64,000 nucleotides of DNA from the human T2T-CHM13v2.0 reference genome, Homo sapiens: the NCBI RefSeq assembly GCF_009914755.1, contig NC_060945.1. One strand, given 5' to 3'. Positions 1 to 16,790 of this stretch are shown one piece after another (positions within the stretch are counted from its first letter, which is position 1; each line of letters opens with the position of its first letter). A model generated the notes under the pieces. The model searched no databases, was not told the DNA's origin, and worked only from the letters and a program-made list of their open reading frames with translations. The position numbers and the translations under genes are program-made.

Positions 1-273
1 TCATGGCCCTGCGCCATGAGTGGATTAATCCATCCATGGACTAATGGGTTATCACAGGAGTCGGATTGGAAGCTTTATAAGAGGAAAAGGGACCTGAGCT
101 AGCATGCTCACCCCTCTCAGCACTCTACAGAGAGTCTCCACCAGCAAGTAGGCAGATGCACCCCTTTGACCTTGTACTTCCCAGCCTCCAGAACTATAAG
201 AAATAAATTGGTTCTTTATAAATTACCCACTATCAGATACTCTCTTATAAGCAATGGAAAATGGATTAAGATA
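1..273 (+). mobile_element. MaLR LTR (MLT1A/MST-type), 3' part
   Basis: Typical MaLR 3' end: CTTCCCAGCCTCCAGAACTATAAGAAATAAAT...AATTACCCA...GGATTAAGATA. Confidence 0.75.
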
Positions 274-999
274 CCTGACTATGAATATGTCTGGTTTTTT
301 TCTTTTTTTTTTGAAACAGGGTCTCACTCTGTAACTTAGGCCTAGAGTACAGTGGACACAATCACAGCTCACTGCAGCCTCAAAATCCTGGGCTCAAGGG
401 ATCCTCCTATCTCAGCACCCAGAGTAGATGGAACTACAGGCACACACCACCACAGTGGCCTATTTTTTTTTTTTTTTTTTTTTTTACTTTTTGCAGCAAT
501 AGAGGTCTTGCTATATTGTCTAGACTGGTCTGAAACTCCTGTCCTCAAGCAATCCTCCTGCCTTGGCCTTCTTTAAGCACTGGGATTACAAGTGTAAGCC
601 ACCATGCCTGGCCCAAATACAAGTCTTTATGAAGAATTTTCTCAACAGGCTTCAGCAGCCTTAGATTTTTTTTATATACATATATACACTGTGACTGTTA
701 ATTCTACTTCCAGGAGTTTATCCTCCCACAGAAATAATCAGATGTGCATAATGCTTTATAGACACAATAATCCCTGATACACAATTAACCAGAAGAGAAA
801 ACTGGACACAACTTAAGAGTCCAAAAATATAGCAGTCATTAAATTGCAGCACGTCACACAATGAAGTATTTTGCCAATATTAAAAATGTTTAAGAAACTT
901 ATAAAATTATAGGTGAATTTTATTTCCTTTATAGGTTATTTTTCCTCTGAAACTTTTTTCTGTTTGTTTTTTTGTTTGTTTTTGTTTTTGTTTTTTTGA

Positions 1000-1281
<282 letters not shown>

Positions 1282-1546
1282 TAAAACATTTTCTAATTAC
1301 AAAAATTGTATGCATCATAAAGCTTTAAACTTGCTTTTCAAGACAAAAGAAGAAATTTTGAAGAAACAAACCGCTACAAAAGCAAAAATAATGGTAGGAA
1401 ACGTGTAGATTAAGAGATACAGTGTATGCACCTTATTTAGATCTTAATGCAAATAAAATGTATTTTAAAAATGAGATAATTGTGGAAATTTAAATACTGG
1501 CTGGATATTTGATTAAGAGTTTATTTTATTTTATTTTATTTTTTGA

Positions 1547-1846
<300 letters not shown>

Positions 1847-2004
1847 TGAAATAATGATATTTTAGTTCCACTTTTAACAAGAGTTATACCTTACAGATTA
1901 ACACACACACCCCTCCCAATAAGACTGGTAGACATTTCACCATGAGTATTTGAGGAGAAAGTGGGGATGGACCTGAGAAAGAAGACAGTAAAAGTGTTTC
2001 CCAA

Positions 2005-3350
<1,346 letters not shown>

Positions 3351-3476
3351 TCTCCATGTTGATTAAAACCCCTGCAGCTGCAGAAAATCAAGTTTCAACC
3401 CTAGGAACACTGGCTGGTTAAGATAAATCAATATTTTACCCTCCCAAAAAATTTTTAAAATTATTTTACCCCCACA

Positions 3477-3543
<67 letters not shown>

Positions 3544-4638
3544 GAGACAGACTCTTCTCAAAGAGAAGAGGCTACAGTTGTCCAGGCCAGAGTCCAGTGG
3601 TGCATCTCAGCTCACTTCAGCCTTGACTTCCCAGGCTCAGGTGGTTCTCCCACATCAACCTCCCCAGTAGTTTGGACTACAGGTGCATGCCACCATGTCA
3701 GGCTAATTTTTTGTATTTGTGGTAGAAATGGGGTTTCACTATGTTGCCCAGGCTGGCCAAAATATATATCTTTGACATATTTTAAAGTAGCCCTGCCAGA
3801 CTTTCTCTAGCCTGAATCTAGGAAAGGTTAGCTAAGGTCTTCATTCTGAAGGTTCCCTTGTACACATGTTAAATAAATGTGCATGCCTTTCCTACTCATC
3901 ATCTGCTTCACACCAGTGATTTTTTTCAGTGAACCTTTAGGGGGCCAAGGGCCTATGACTCCTGCAGTGTGGCACAGCAAGCAGAGTGGACAAAGCCATT
4001 CTTCTCTTCTGGAACCCACAGTGAAGAGAACCCAGGAACCTGATCTGCCAGCCAAGAACTAGGAATTTCTCACCAGCCAGGCTCTCTGTGGACTCCAGCT
4101 GGGTGGATGGTAAAAATCACTGTCTCATCTCCAAGGTTCTTTTTTTGTTTTGTTTTTGTTTTTGTTTTTGTTTTAGATAGGATCTCACTTCATCACCCAG
4201 GCTGGAGTGCAGTGGCACAAACACAGCTCACTGCAGCCCCGACCTCCAGGGCTCAAGTGATCCTTCCACCTCAGCACCCCCAAGTTGCTGGGACTGCAGA
4301 CATGCACCACCATGCCTAGGTAACATTTTTAGTATTTTTTGTAGAGATGGAGTTTTGACATGTTGCCAAGCCTGATCTCAAACTCCTGGGCTCAAGTGAT
4401 TCTCCTGCCTCAGCCTCCCAAAGTGCTGGGATTGCAGGTGTGAACCACCATGTCCAACCTCATCTGCAAAGTTTTGATTATGGGAAAAAAGGATTTGTGT
4501 AACTAGTCTTGCACTGTGGTGACTCTGCTGTAACTCTGGTATTTTGTGTTATGAGTATTCACATCATTTGATCCCTTTTCCTCTAATATCCTTTTTTGTT
4601 GCCACTTTGCTTCTTCTTTCTGTGTCCTTCTGTCAGAA

Positions 4639-5142
4639 TGAAACTGACCCAATTATTCCACAGAACTTTACAGTTCACCATCTCATAGATGTTTACAGTT
4701 TCTTTTGAAGAAACATAGAAATTTACCTTTCCAATCTTGAAACTTGAGAAAGTTACATTCATCTTATCTGAGTTCCTTTCTCAAGAAATCAGCCATCAGG
4801 TCTCCCAGATAGAATCAAAGAATTGAAACTCATCGGATCACCACACCTGAATAATGAAATGTCATACCTCTCTCCCTTTATGATTGACTGACCCACCACC
4901 TGCTGCCTGTTGACCAAGGTCCCTTTCCTACCCCTTCCTAATTCCTGTTTTCCTGCATGTTGTTACATTTCTGCTGTATAAACTCCTATCTTTAGTGAGT
5001 GAGGAGACAGATTTGAGACTGATCTCCCATCTCCTCTGCTGCAGCACCCAATTAAAGCCTAGCAATACTGGCTGTCTCAGTGAGCAGCTTTCTGTGCAGT
5101 GAGAAGCGGGACCTAGCCTAAACCTCTAGGGTTTCAGTAACA
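4639..5142 (+). mobile_element. ERV1-class solo LTR (family uncertain)
   Basis: TG...CA termini (TGAAACTG...CAGTAACA), internal TATAAA (4977) and ATTAAA (5051). Confidence 0.6.
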
Positions 5143-6079
5143 ATAAAAGGGGGTACCATAGGGTAGAATACGAGCCTAGAACTCTTGTAAGCCCCTGTAA
5201 GCCTGCTGTGAAAACGGCACTGCAGCCTGGTCAGTCTTTTGTGGTTCTGACCGGACCAATGTCTGTTAAGACAAACTTTACTGTGGGTCCCTGAAACAAA
5301 AACCAGATGAAGTTTCCCACTCTTCCTGTTTCGTGTCCTTGAGAGCTTCACTTTGTGACTAAGGGGGGATACTCTTAGTCTCTGCCATCCAGAAAATGTG
5401 ATTTTTCGGGTCCTCATCTGATTTTCTGAGGGTCCAAGACACATAATATTTTAAAAAGCTCACTTTTCACTCTGAACGTATCAGGCTCTTATGGGAGTTT
5501 TGTCTTAAAAGGTCCCATTCCTACAGGGCTTTTGTCATCTTTTGCTATCTTTTTTTTATTTTTTATGTTTTATTTTTATTTTTTTTTGAGACGGAGTTTT
5601 GCTCTCGTTGCTCAGGCTGGAGTGCAATGGCGTGACCTCGGCTCACCACAACCACCACCTCCCAGGTTCAAGTGATACCCCTCCTCAGCCTCCCGAGTAG
5701 CTGGGATTACAGGCATGTGCCACCATGCCCAGCTAATTTTGTAGTTTATTAGAGACGGGGTTTCTCCATGTTGGTCAGTCTGGTCTCAAACTCCTGACCT
5801 CAGGTGACCCGCCCACCTCAGCCTCCCAGAGTGCTGGGATTACAGGCGTGAGCCACCGTGCCTGGCCATCTTTTGGTATCTTAAGTCTATTTATAAGAGT
5901 GAATTTTGGGGGATCATGAAGATGCCTCCTCTATACCCTTTTTAGGAATATCTTTTGCTTACATGGTAAAAAACGTGGAAAATTCCCACCTAGGCTTGAA
6001 AGAAGCTTTTGGATTGTGTCACTATTGGAACTAAATAAACCACTGAAAATAAAAAAATGTTAGAGATATCTTATTCCAA

Positions 6080-6343
6080 GCAATGTCAGGAAGGTACTCC
6101 ATATGGTCTAAAAAGGGGAGGCATGAATAATTTGCCCCTTGTTTAGCATATAATCAAGAAATAACCATAAAAATGGGTAACCAGCAGCCTTCAGGGCTGT
6201 TCTGTCTATGGAGTAGCCATTCTTGATTCCTTTCCTTTCTTAATAAACATGCTTTCACTTTATAGACTCACCCCTAATTCTTTCTTGCACGAGATCCAAG
6301 AATCCTTTCTCAGGGTCTGGATGAGGACCCCTTTCCAGTAACA
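6080..6343 (+). mobile_element. 5'-truncated MER41 (MER41A-like) LTR
   Basis: GGTCTAAAAAGGGGAGGCATGAATAAT...TATGGAGTAGCCATTC...GGACCCCTTTCCAGTAACA matches the MER41 3' half. Confidence 0.75.
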
Positions 6344-7087
6344 TTGCTGCAAAACCAAAAGACAGTTCAGGAGGTCTTATCAAATCTGCTGTCTCAACTT
6401 CTCCTCAAGAGTCTTACAGATGCTAGTAAACACATTAGGCTAATTAACAAGAAAATGGTGAAGGCATCCAGGATCATGGTGGCTCACATTTGTAATCCCA
6501 GCACTATGGGAGGCCGAGGCAGGCAGATCACTTATGGTTAGGAGTTTGAGACCTGCCTGGGCAACATAGTGAAACCCTGTGTCTACTAAAAATACAAAAA
6601 ATTAGCTGGGTGTGGTGGTGCACACTTGTAATCACAGCTACTCAGGAGGCTGGGGCACAAGAATTCCTTGAGCCCAGGAGATGAAGGTTGCAGCAAGCCA
6701 AGATCACACCACTGCACTCCAGCTTGGGCAACAGAGTGAGACTCTGTCTCCAAAAAAAAAAAAAAAAAAAAAATGGTGAGGGCAAAAGGGGGAGTCAAAG
6801 GACTCATCCCAAAAAGGTGGGGATTTTTAAGCAGTTATTTACAAAGTAAGGTAAAACTTAAAAATCATTGATGGGTTGAAACTAAGAGAAAAAAGAAAGG
6901 GCAAATCATGGAACCCATCACAGCAGGGTGGAAATCTTTAGATGGTTATTAAGAAATGAAACGAAGGCTAGGCACGGTGGCTCACCGCTATAATCCCAAC
7001 ACATTTGGAGGCCGAGGCAGGTGGATCAACTCAGGTCAGGAGTGTGAGACCAGCCTTGACAAACATGGAGAAACCCCATCTCTACTA

Positions 7088-7325
<238 letters not shown>

Positions 7326-7898
7326 TTACTTGAACCTGGGAGGTGGAGGTTGCAGTGAGCCAAGATCACATGGCACTCCAGCCTAGGTGACAAAGTGAGA
7401 TTCCACCTCAAAATTAAAAAAAAAAAAAAAAAGAAAGAAAGAAAGAAATGAAATGAATAAAATGGAAATTGGCACTAAAATAAAGGTCTTAATACAACAC
7501 TATTGAAAGTTGGGTGTTTGTATGAGGGTTTTAAGAAAAAAAAAAGAAAGTTGGGAAACCAAAGAGAGCCCCAGCTGGTCCTCTAACATTTGTCCTCCAA
7601 GGGCCCCAAATCAGTGCCATATTTACCCTAGATTGGAGAGATTTATGAAAAAATATGAGGGCAGAGATTACAATGAGAGAGCTGAAGAATTGCCTGCGAC
7701 AATGTTCATCAAGATAAGATTGATGAAAGGAGCCAGGGTTCCTTGGTTCAGCACCCCTGCTGGGGACTCAAAGCCTTTTTCACCAGGAAGGGTAAAATGG
7801 TCTGGGATTGGACAAGAAAAGGTGCCTGGGACCAGAACATAAAGATGCAAGGGTTGATAGAATTAAGAAAGTTGGAATGTTTCAACAGGTTTTATGTC

Positions 7899-8851
<953 letters not shown>

Positions 8852-9092
8852 AATGTAAAGTAGTTGTATCTCCTTTACCTAAATGACTTTTAAAATAGTT
8901 ATTGTATCAGACTGGGGAAATGTTTCCCCTACCTAGCATCATAAAGCAGAAGGCATGTAAATCTGCCCTTCCGGCAATGTTAATTAGACATGCTAAATGA
9001 GACCCAGTAAGACTGCCTGAGCCCACAGGGTGTGTGGATGCTGATAGGGACAAATTCTCCACTTCATAGCCCTTTGTGGAGCAGTTACGGTC

Positions 9093-9259
9093 TGTATGAG
9101 TCAGTTCTCATGCTGCTATAAATAAATAACCAAGACTGAGTGATTTATAGTGAAAGGAAGTTTAATGGACTCACAGTTCTGCATGGCTGGGGAGGCCTCA
9201 GGAAAGTTACAATCATGGCTGAAGGTGAAGCAGAAGCAGGCACCCTCTTCACAAGGTAG
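9093..9259 (-). mobile_element. THE1/MST MaLR LTR fragment
   Basis: TGTATGAGTCAGTTCTCATGCTGCTAT...GGCTGGGGAGGCCTCAGGAAAGTTACAATCATGGC is the reverse complement of the MaLR 3' end. Confidence 0.75.
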
Positions 9260-10369
9260 TAACGTGTACTCCCCTGGAGTGTATTTTAAAGCACTGGGAC
9301 TCCTTCGACCCTGAAATTTTGAAGAAAAGTGGCTTATTTTCTTTTGCACAAGGGCTTGGCCTTTTTACTAGACCTTTGCAGGTGTTGCAAAATCAACCAA
9401 GCTCTTTTAGCAATCATATCAGGCAGGCCCAAAGAGAATAATTCCCCAAAATTAGTAAACCAAGTTCCAGGGGAACCATCTGAGGATTCCCTTATTTGGG
9501 GCCCCTTCAACACCCCTTCTCACTGCAGAACCTTAGACAAGTAAAATGAGACTTAGGCCAATTTTCTGATGACCCTGATAGATATATAGAAGCTTTCCAA
9601 AATTTAACTCAGGTATTTGACCTCTCATGGAGGAATGTTGTGCCTCTCCTAAGCCAAACTCTAACTGCAGCTAAAACAGGCAGCTCTGAATGCAGAAGAA
9701 AATTTTGGAGATGAGCAATATGTCTCCTATAGTAGGGCCAAAAGGGAAAAGAGAAAATAGGGAAGGCAAAGAAATAGGGGAAACACCATTCCCAATAGGA
9801 AAAGAGGCAAAACCTCTTGACAACCCTAATTGGAACTCCTTTCTGTGGTGTTTTTCCTTCTTTCATGGTTTAAAACGGCTTCTATCTCTTTTATAATGTT
9901 CTTCCAACCTGGGAAAAGTTAATTTTCCAAACCTTAAAATGCTTGGCTTAGAGTTGAGCTAGGGGGAAGGGAACCCAGAAGCCTGATATGCCGGCAAAAG
10001 GGTAAAAATTTCTTACGGATCGGGCTTTCAGCTTTTCTCTCCCTGTGCAAACAAGTAAAAGGGTTAATAAGAACCATTGTGTATATTCTCTGTAAATGTA
10101 TAATTAATGAAAAAGGATTTGTGAGGTTGCTCTTAAGCTGTAGACAATCTGGTGTGCTTTGCATGTCTTTCTGTATGGTTCTGTCAAAGAAAGGGTATCT
10201 CAGGTTAGGATGCAGGCCCAGGAACCCATAAGCCTGCTGTTCAAGCCAACCCAACAGAACAGTCAGTAACAAACTTGCCTGCAGGCCTCCATCTTGTTTC
10301 ATGTCCTTGGCAACATGACCTGTAACCAAGTGGCAATACTTTGTTTTAGTCTCCATCATTTTACAATGG

Positions 10370-12137
10370 TGTCTGTCTTCTTGTGCTGTTGAGGGAAGTC
10401 AGGGACCCCAAACGGAGGGACCGGCTGAAGCCATGGCAGAAGAACGTGGATTGTGACGATTTTATGGACATGTATTAGTTCCCCAAATTAATACTTTTGT
10501 AATTTCTTATGCCTGTCTTTACTGCAATCTCTAAACATAAATTGTAAAGATTTCATGGACACTTAGCACTTCCCCAGTCAATACCCTTGTGATTTCCTAT
10601 GCCTGTCTTTACTTTAATCTTTTAATCCTGTCAGCCAAGAAGGATGTATATCGTCTCAGGACCCTGTAATAATTGCGTTAAGTACACAAATTGTACAGCA
10701 TGTGTGTTTGAGCAATATGAAATGTGGGCACCCTGAAAAAAGAACAGGATAACAGCAATTGTTCAGGGAACAAGAGAGATAACCTTAAACTCTGACCGCT
10801 GGTGAGCCAGGCAGAACAGAGCCATATTTCTCTTCCTTCAAAAGCAAATGGGAGAAATATCGCTGAATTCTTTTTCTCAGCATGGGATATCCCTGAGAAA
10901 GAGAATGCGCACCTAGGGGTAGGTCTCTGAACTGGCCCCCCCGGGGCGTACTGTCTCTTATGGTCGAGGTTGCAGAGGTGAAATAAACTCCAGTCTCCCA
11001 TAGCGCTCCCAGACTTATTAGGAAGAGGAAATTCCCGCCTAAAAAACTTTGGTCAGACCGGTTGATCTCAAAACCCTGTCTCCTGATAAGATGTTATCAA
11101 TGACAATGGTGCCGGAAACTTCATTAGCAATTTTAATTTCGTTTCCATCCTGTGGTCCTGTGATCTCGCCCTGCCTCCAATTGCCTTGTGATATTCTATT
11201 ACCCTGTTAAGTACTTGATGTCTGTCACCCACACCTATTCGCACACTCCCTCCCCTTTTGAAAATCCCTAATAAAAACTTGCTGGTTTCTGTGGCTTGTG
11301 GGGCATCACGGATCCTACCAACGTGTGATGTCTCCCCCGGACGCCCAGCTTTAAAATTTCTCTCTTTTGTACTCTGTCCCTTTATTTCTCAAGCCATCCG
11401 ATGCTTAGGAACATAGAAAAGAACCTACATGACTATCGGGGCAGGTCCCCCGATATTGTGCTAACTCAATTCCTGGGTGAGGGCCACAAAATCAGATAAG
11501 CCAGTTTGTCAATCTGGGTGGTGCCCCCTGATCCATCAAGGGCAGGATTTACAAAATATCTTAAGCACTAATCTTGAGTGCAGTTTTAGGAGGGTCAAAA
11601 TCTTGTAGCCTCCAGATGCATGACTCCTAAACCATGGTTTCTAATCTTATAGCTAGTTTCTTGGTCTGGTCCCCAGGCAAGAGGGAAGTATATCTTAAGA
11701 AGGAGCTGTTCTTTGGGAGGCCGAGGTGGGCGGATCACGAGGTCAGGAGATCGAGACCATCCTGGCTAACACGATGAAACCCCATCTCTACTAAAAATAC
11801 AAAAAGTAGCTGGTTGTTGTGGCCAGCACCTGTAGTCCCAGCTACTCAGGAGGCTGAGGCAGGAGAATGGCGTTGAACCCGGGAGGCAGAGCTTGCTGTG
11901 AGCCGAGATCACGCCACTGCACTCCAGCCTGGGTGACAGAGTGAGACTCCAAAGAAAAGAAAAGGAGCTGTTATCATCTTTGTTTTAGACTATAGATTAT
12001 AAACCAGGCTGCTCCCAAAGTTGGTTCGGACTACCCCCAGGGATGGGCAAGAACAGCTTGGGGCTGGAAAACAAATGCAGCTGTTTGGGTCAGATCTCTT
12101 TCGCTGTCTCAGTCACAATTTTGCAGTAACAGTTTCA
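10370..12137 (-). mobile_element. LTR8-like LTR fragment, interrupted by MER11 and a 5'-truncated AluY (11711-11960)
   Basis: Reverse strand reads TGAAACTG..TGCAAAATTGTGACTGAGACAGCGAAAGAGATCTGAC... (LTR8 5' end). The AluY has TSD AAGGAGCTGTT. Confidence 0.65.
10387..11455 (+). mobile_element. MER11 (HERV-K HML-8) solo LTR, full length (1069 bp)
   Basis: TGTTGAGGGAAGTCAGGGACCCCAAACGGAGGGACCGGCTG...GGGGCAGGTCCCCCGATA, with a perfect 6-bp TSD TTGTGC at 10381-10386 and 11456-11461. Confidence 0.9.
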
Positions 12138-13540
12138 AAAGCTGCCTATCACCCCTTTGAAAATACCTTGTACATTCAAGGTTAAGTCATAACCTAATTA
12201 AGCCATAAACCTAATTAAGACTTGTCAGTTTCACCTGTGAGGTTTCAAAAGCTGAACATCTTAACTGCTTCCTGTGGCTAAAGTCGAGTCACAAGGGATT
12301 TAAAAGGATTTTTCTTAATGAGTGCTCAGCTTAATTAAAAGTGGATATTCAAGTTATAAATATATTTAAAAGGCCTTTATGTTTTTTGCTTCTTGGATTT
12401 TGTTTTTCTGGTAAAAGGCTTTTTTCTTCTCAGTCGACTGAATTATTTTTCTCCATTTTTTGTCTTACCACTCTTACTGCTTGCTGCCTGGCACTGTTCC
12501 TCCAAGGGCTCCACCCTGACGCCAGTAATCCAATTAAGAAACTGGCAAATGAAAAATCTTACAAGTGCTGAATCTTCTGTCTGTTCGTGTTGCTCTATAC
12601 ATGTTGTGTGTAAGGTCTATTAAAAGAGCTCTAATTGACTGGCTTAAAGAAAAACAAGTGCTTAAATCAAATATTTTTTAGTTCACATAACTTTAAGAAA
12701 TAAAAATAGTCTTAAGGATTATTGGTAAAATGCAAGTGTTGTCAAAATACAAATAGGTGGTCTAAATCATTCAGCTTAGATACTAGGTTTGCTAAATGTT
12801 CCAAGGCTGTGTATACTGCCCGCTTTTCAGATAGGTAAGGCTTGGGACACATGGACCTAGATGCTGAAACGTCAGACTTTATCTGCACTTCTGTCTGAGT
12901 CCTAGGATCCACATCTGGTACATAATTAAAATAGATTACTAACCAGGTTTTTCACCAAAAATAAAAGTTGCTAAAAGTTCAACAGTGAACATTAACTAAA
13001 CTTAAAAGTGTATTATATGATCTTTTCATAAATTGAGCATTGAAATAAAAGCACAGCAAAGAGGTCTTACGACACTAATCTGTCCTTTAGTAAAAGGGTT
13101 ATGAAAGGTTTGTAAAGATTTCACCTCATGGTCAAATTGGTTAAGGTTAGATGGAATGATCTATAAGGTTTAATTTAAACAAATTGGGGTTAATATTAAT
13201 AAACTAATGCAAGGGTAAAATTTGGGTTTGAACAGGATTTTCATGTCATAGTAAAGGCCAACGAACAGTTTTTGCCTTTTAAGTCACCATTTTGGCAAAA
13301 GAAATAATGTATGGCAATCTGGAATTCCATTTCATAACATCAAGTGTTTTAAACCTTGAACATTTAACAGGCATCCTAAAATCAGACTTCAAGTTTCAAA
13401 ATTGTCGTTCCTGATGCCTGGCTTTTTGATGGTTCAGAGGGCCCCTGAAACATTCAGAAAAGAGATAAACAGGATTATCTGACATATTTAATCACATGAG
13501 ATTGCCAAAATGATGTCCAATCTTAAGTTATACTTTGCTA

Positions 13541-13843
<303 letters not shown>

Positions 13844-16624
13844 TCATAAAAATAATTTTAAAAAATACTATTATATGTTCCAAAATTACATATGATTTCT
13901 AAAATTCTGATGTCTAAGTATATGCTATCAATCATAATTAAGGGTAAAGTTATTGTAAACCACTGAAATGAATAAATTTGTTAATCATGTTGTTAACTAT
14001 AAATATCCTGGAAATCTTGTCATTCACAGACAATTGTTATCTTGCTTTGTTCCTTCTCAAAAGATGGTTTATAATCAAGCTATATTAAAGAATTTAACAG
14101 GCATTCTCAAATACAGGTTTTTAGTAGCTTTGAAGATTGTAACATTGGAATAGAGAATGTATGGGACTCATAATGAGCTTACATGTTCACAAATATCAAG
14201 CAAAACAAGATTTAACTAGACGGACAGCACTCAGAAGGTTAAAGCAACTTTTTGACTCTTGCTTGGAATATTGCTGATCCTTGTTTTATTTTTCAGAGTG
14301 AAGGAAACTTACTTTGAACTATTTATGGCCTTTAATAATTGAGTAAGGTATACTACTGTAAACAAAATTTGGAGTGTGTTTGTTTTTCTCTGCCTGGTTC
14401 CTCTAGAATTTGGAAACTATCTGTGAGTACTCTTAACTTATGGCAATATTTGCATCAGTGCAATAAGAATCCATTTTTCTTTGTCAACAGGACACAATTG
14501 AAAAAACTGGTTATTTTACCAAGGCTTTGACTGAAAGGGTGTGTTTCCCTTTAAGGAATGAAGCTTGACATGCAGACCCAATAAAAGCCCCTTAAGGAGA
14601 ACTGGCCTCATACCTTGTCTACACAGTTCCTGCACAAGGTTCCTAAATTGTGGTCAGTAAAGAATGTCATTTTCTAACAGGTCCAGCAGCTCCAAGTTTA
14701 TCTTAGACCCTCAAGAGGAGAGGATTACCCAACTCACAGGTATTTGAGGATACAAACCCATGGCTGGGCTCAGCTTTAAAGATCTTATCTGAAATTCCTT
14801 GTGGAACAGAGTTTCATCAAAGCCAATCCAAAGGCCTACATAGAAACAACCATTCTTGCTGCACTTTATGCAAATAATCAGGCCAAGTATAAGACTAAAG
14901 TTTATTCTACGAACAACCCACACAGTCCTATCATAATTTGTTTTTACCAAAAATGAGGACTGGAGAGAGAAATTGTTCTCCAAAGCTTATCATACATTTG
15001 TCATTAAATCCTAGTCTCATTAATTGTTTTTAAGCTTTTCGCCTACATTTTAGACTAACCCTGCTTATTCCTGTGAATCAAGTGGTGATCTCCTGCAGCT
15101 TGGAAGAATCAAAGGGGGATGGTTAACATAAAAACCTGGATCAATATGCTAGTTCTGGACAATTCTCCTGCAAATTCTGCCAGGTAATGAAAGTGAGTAG
15201 GGTGCCCATAACCCAGAGGTTTCTTTGTTTGGGAAAATAAAACCAAGGAACTTCATAGACCTCCCCAAAAGGAAATTCTATATCTTAGGTTAACACCTCT
15301 AGTAAAGTAGAGGAAAATTGTTAGATATGAGTTCTAAATTTCTCTTCAAAGAATCAATATGTCAGTATGTTCAATTCTTTGCCTTCTACTTATAAACTTA
15401 ACTTCCTCATAAAGCAACCTTTTTCCATTACCTGCTCCACCCGGACTCATTCTGATTACCTGCTTCTCCCTGACTCATTCTCCACCCTGACTCATTCCGA
15501 TTTCTCACTCTGCCATAACCATTTTTCCTGCCAAACCGCTCACCCCGTCACTCTCTTTAAATTAGCCAATTGGAATTAGTTTAGTTTGTGCGATCTAACC
15601 CTAGCCAATAGGGAAATGACACAGCATCAGGGGCCACGTGCATCAGGGATAAGGACCCCTTCCCCTCCTTTGTCCAAGTGTGCGCTCACCATCGCTCCAT
15701 CTGTCAGGGCGCACCCTTTTATAGAAGAACATGGCCTTGCAGAGAATTAAAAAGAAAATTTTATATTTGAGTGCTATTTCTTTTGCGGCACCGAAACTTT
15801 ATAACAATTTCAGGGCTCACCCTTGATTACATTTCCCCCAGGGGCGGTCTCCGGTTCTCTCTCCTGAGGAGGCGCACCCCGCCCCCTTGTGGTGGCCTCA
15901 GGGGTGAGAAATCAGGACCACCCAGTGCGAGGAATAACCGGAGCTCTCTGCAACGCTGAAAGAAACTGGCCAGCAACCTAGCTTAAAGGATCCTCACATC
16001 TGCGGCGATGACTCTGTGCACAGACCAAGGAAGGAGAAGCCGCCGGAGCCAGTAAAGTACTCCCTTGGTGGTCAAATTCCGGAGGGCTAAATGTGTGTGT
16101 GCATGAATGATCACAAATAACCCTACCTGCGGTGTTGTTCATGTGGATGGTGACAAGACCTACTGCTGGACAGAGTGAGTGGGACCTCTCCGCAGTTCCG
16201 TAGCTACCTCATATGGCTTAGGGCGGATCCTGCCGTGGGATTTATACTGGCACACCGACACTAAGAGGGGCCTAATTCTCCCTTGGGGGAGCAGCCAGAG
16301 AGGACAACACAAGTGGGAAGTGTGCAAGGGACCTTGAGAGGGGGAAAGGGAGGAAACAGGTCAACCTCCCAGAGCAGCAAGGTAAGACATCCCTGATTTA
16401 AGGGATTGAGCCTTCCAGGGCAGGCAAAGCGAGACACCCCTGGTTTGAGGGGTTGAGTCTTCTGCAAGTTTCATGAACCTCACACAAACCTCCAGTAGTA
16501 AGAAAAATATTCAGGACTCCCCTTGCCTTTCTTCTCAGGGGAAGAAAGAGTAACTCCACTCCTGCCGGTCCCTCCCCTAGGGAAAGGGGAAGGAGAGGGG
16601 AGAACAGCGGCATAAGCGGCTGGC

Positions 16625-16790
16625 AGAGGCAGAGAAAGAGAGAGTCAAAGAGAGAGACAGAGAGAGAGAGAGAGAAAGAGAGGTAGAGAGAGAGAGAAAG
16701 AGAGGCAGAGAGAGAGAGAAAGAGGCAGAGAGACAAAAAGGGAGTCAAAGAGAGAGAAATTGAGAGACAGAGTCAGAGAGAGAGAGAGAA
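16625..16790 (+). repeat. (GA)n-rich low-complexity tract inside HERV-IP10FH
   Basis: AGAGAGAG... with occasional C/T; it explains the spurious ORF 16398-16748. Confidence 0.9.

Noticed and set aside
6080-6343. MER41 as an interferon-gamma/STAT1 enhancer
   Set aside because: Only the 3' part is present; no tandem GAS (TTCnnnGAA) region is visible.
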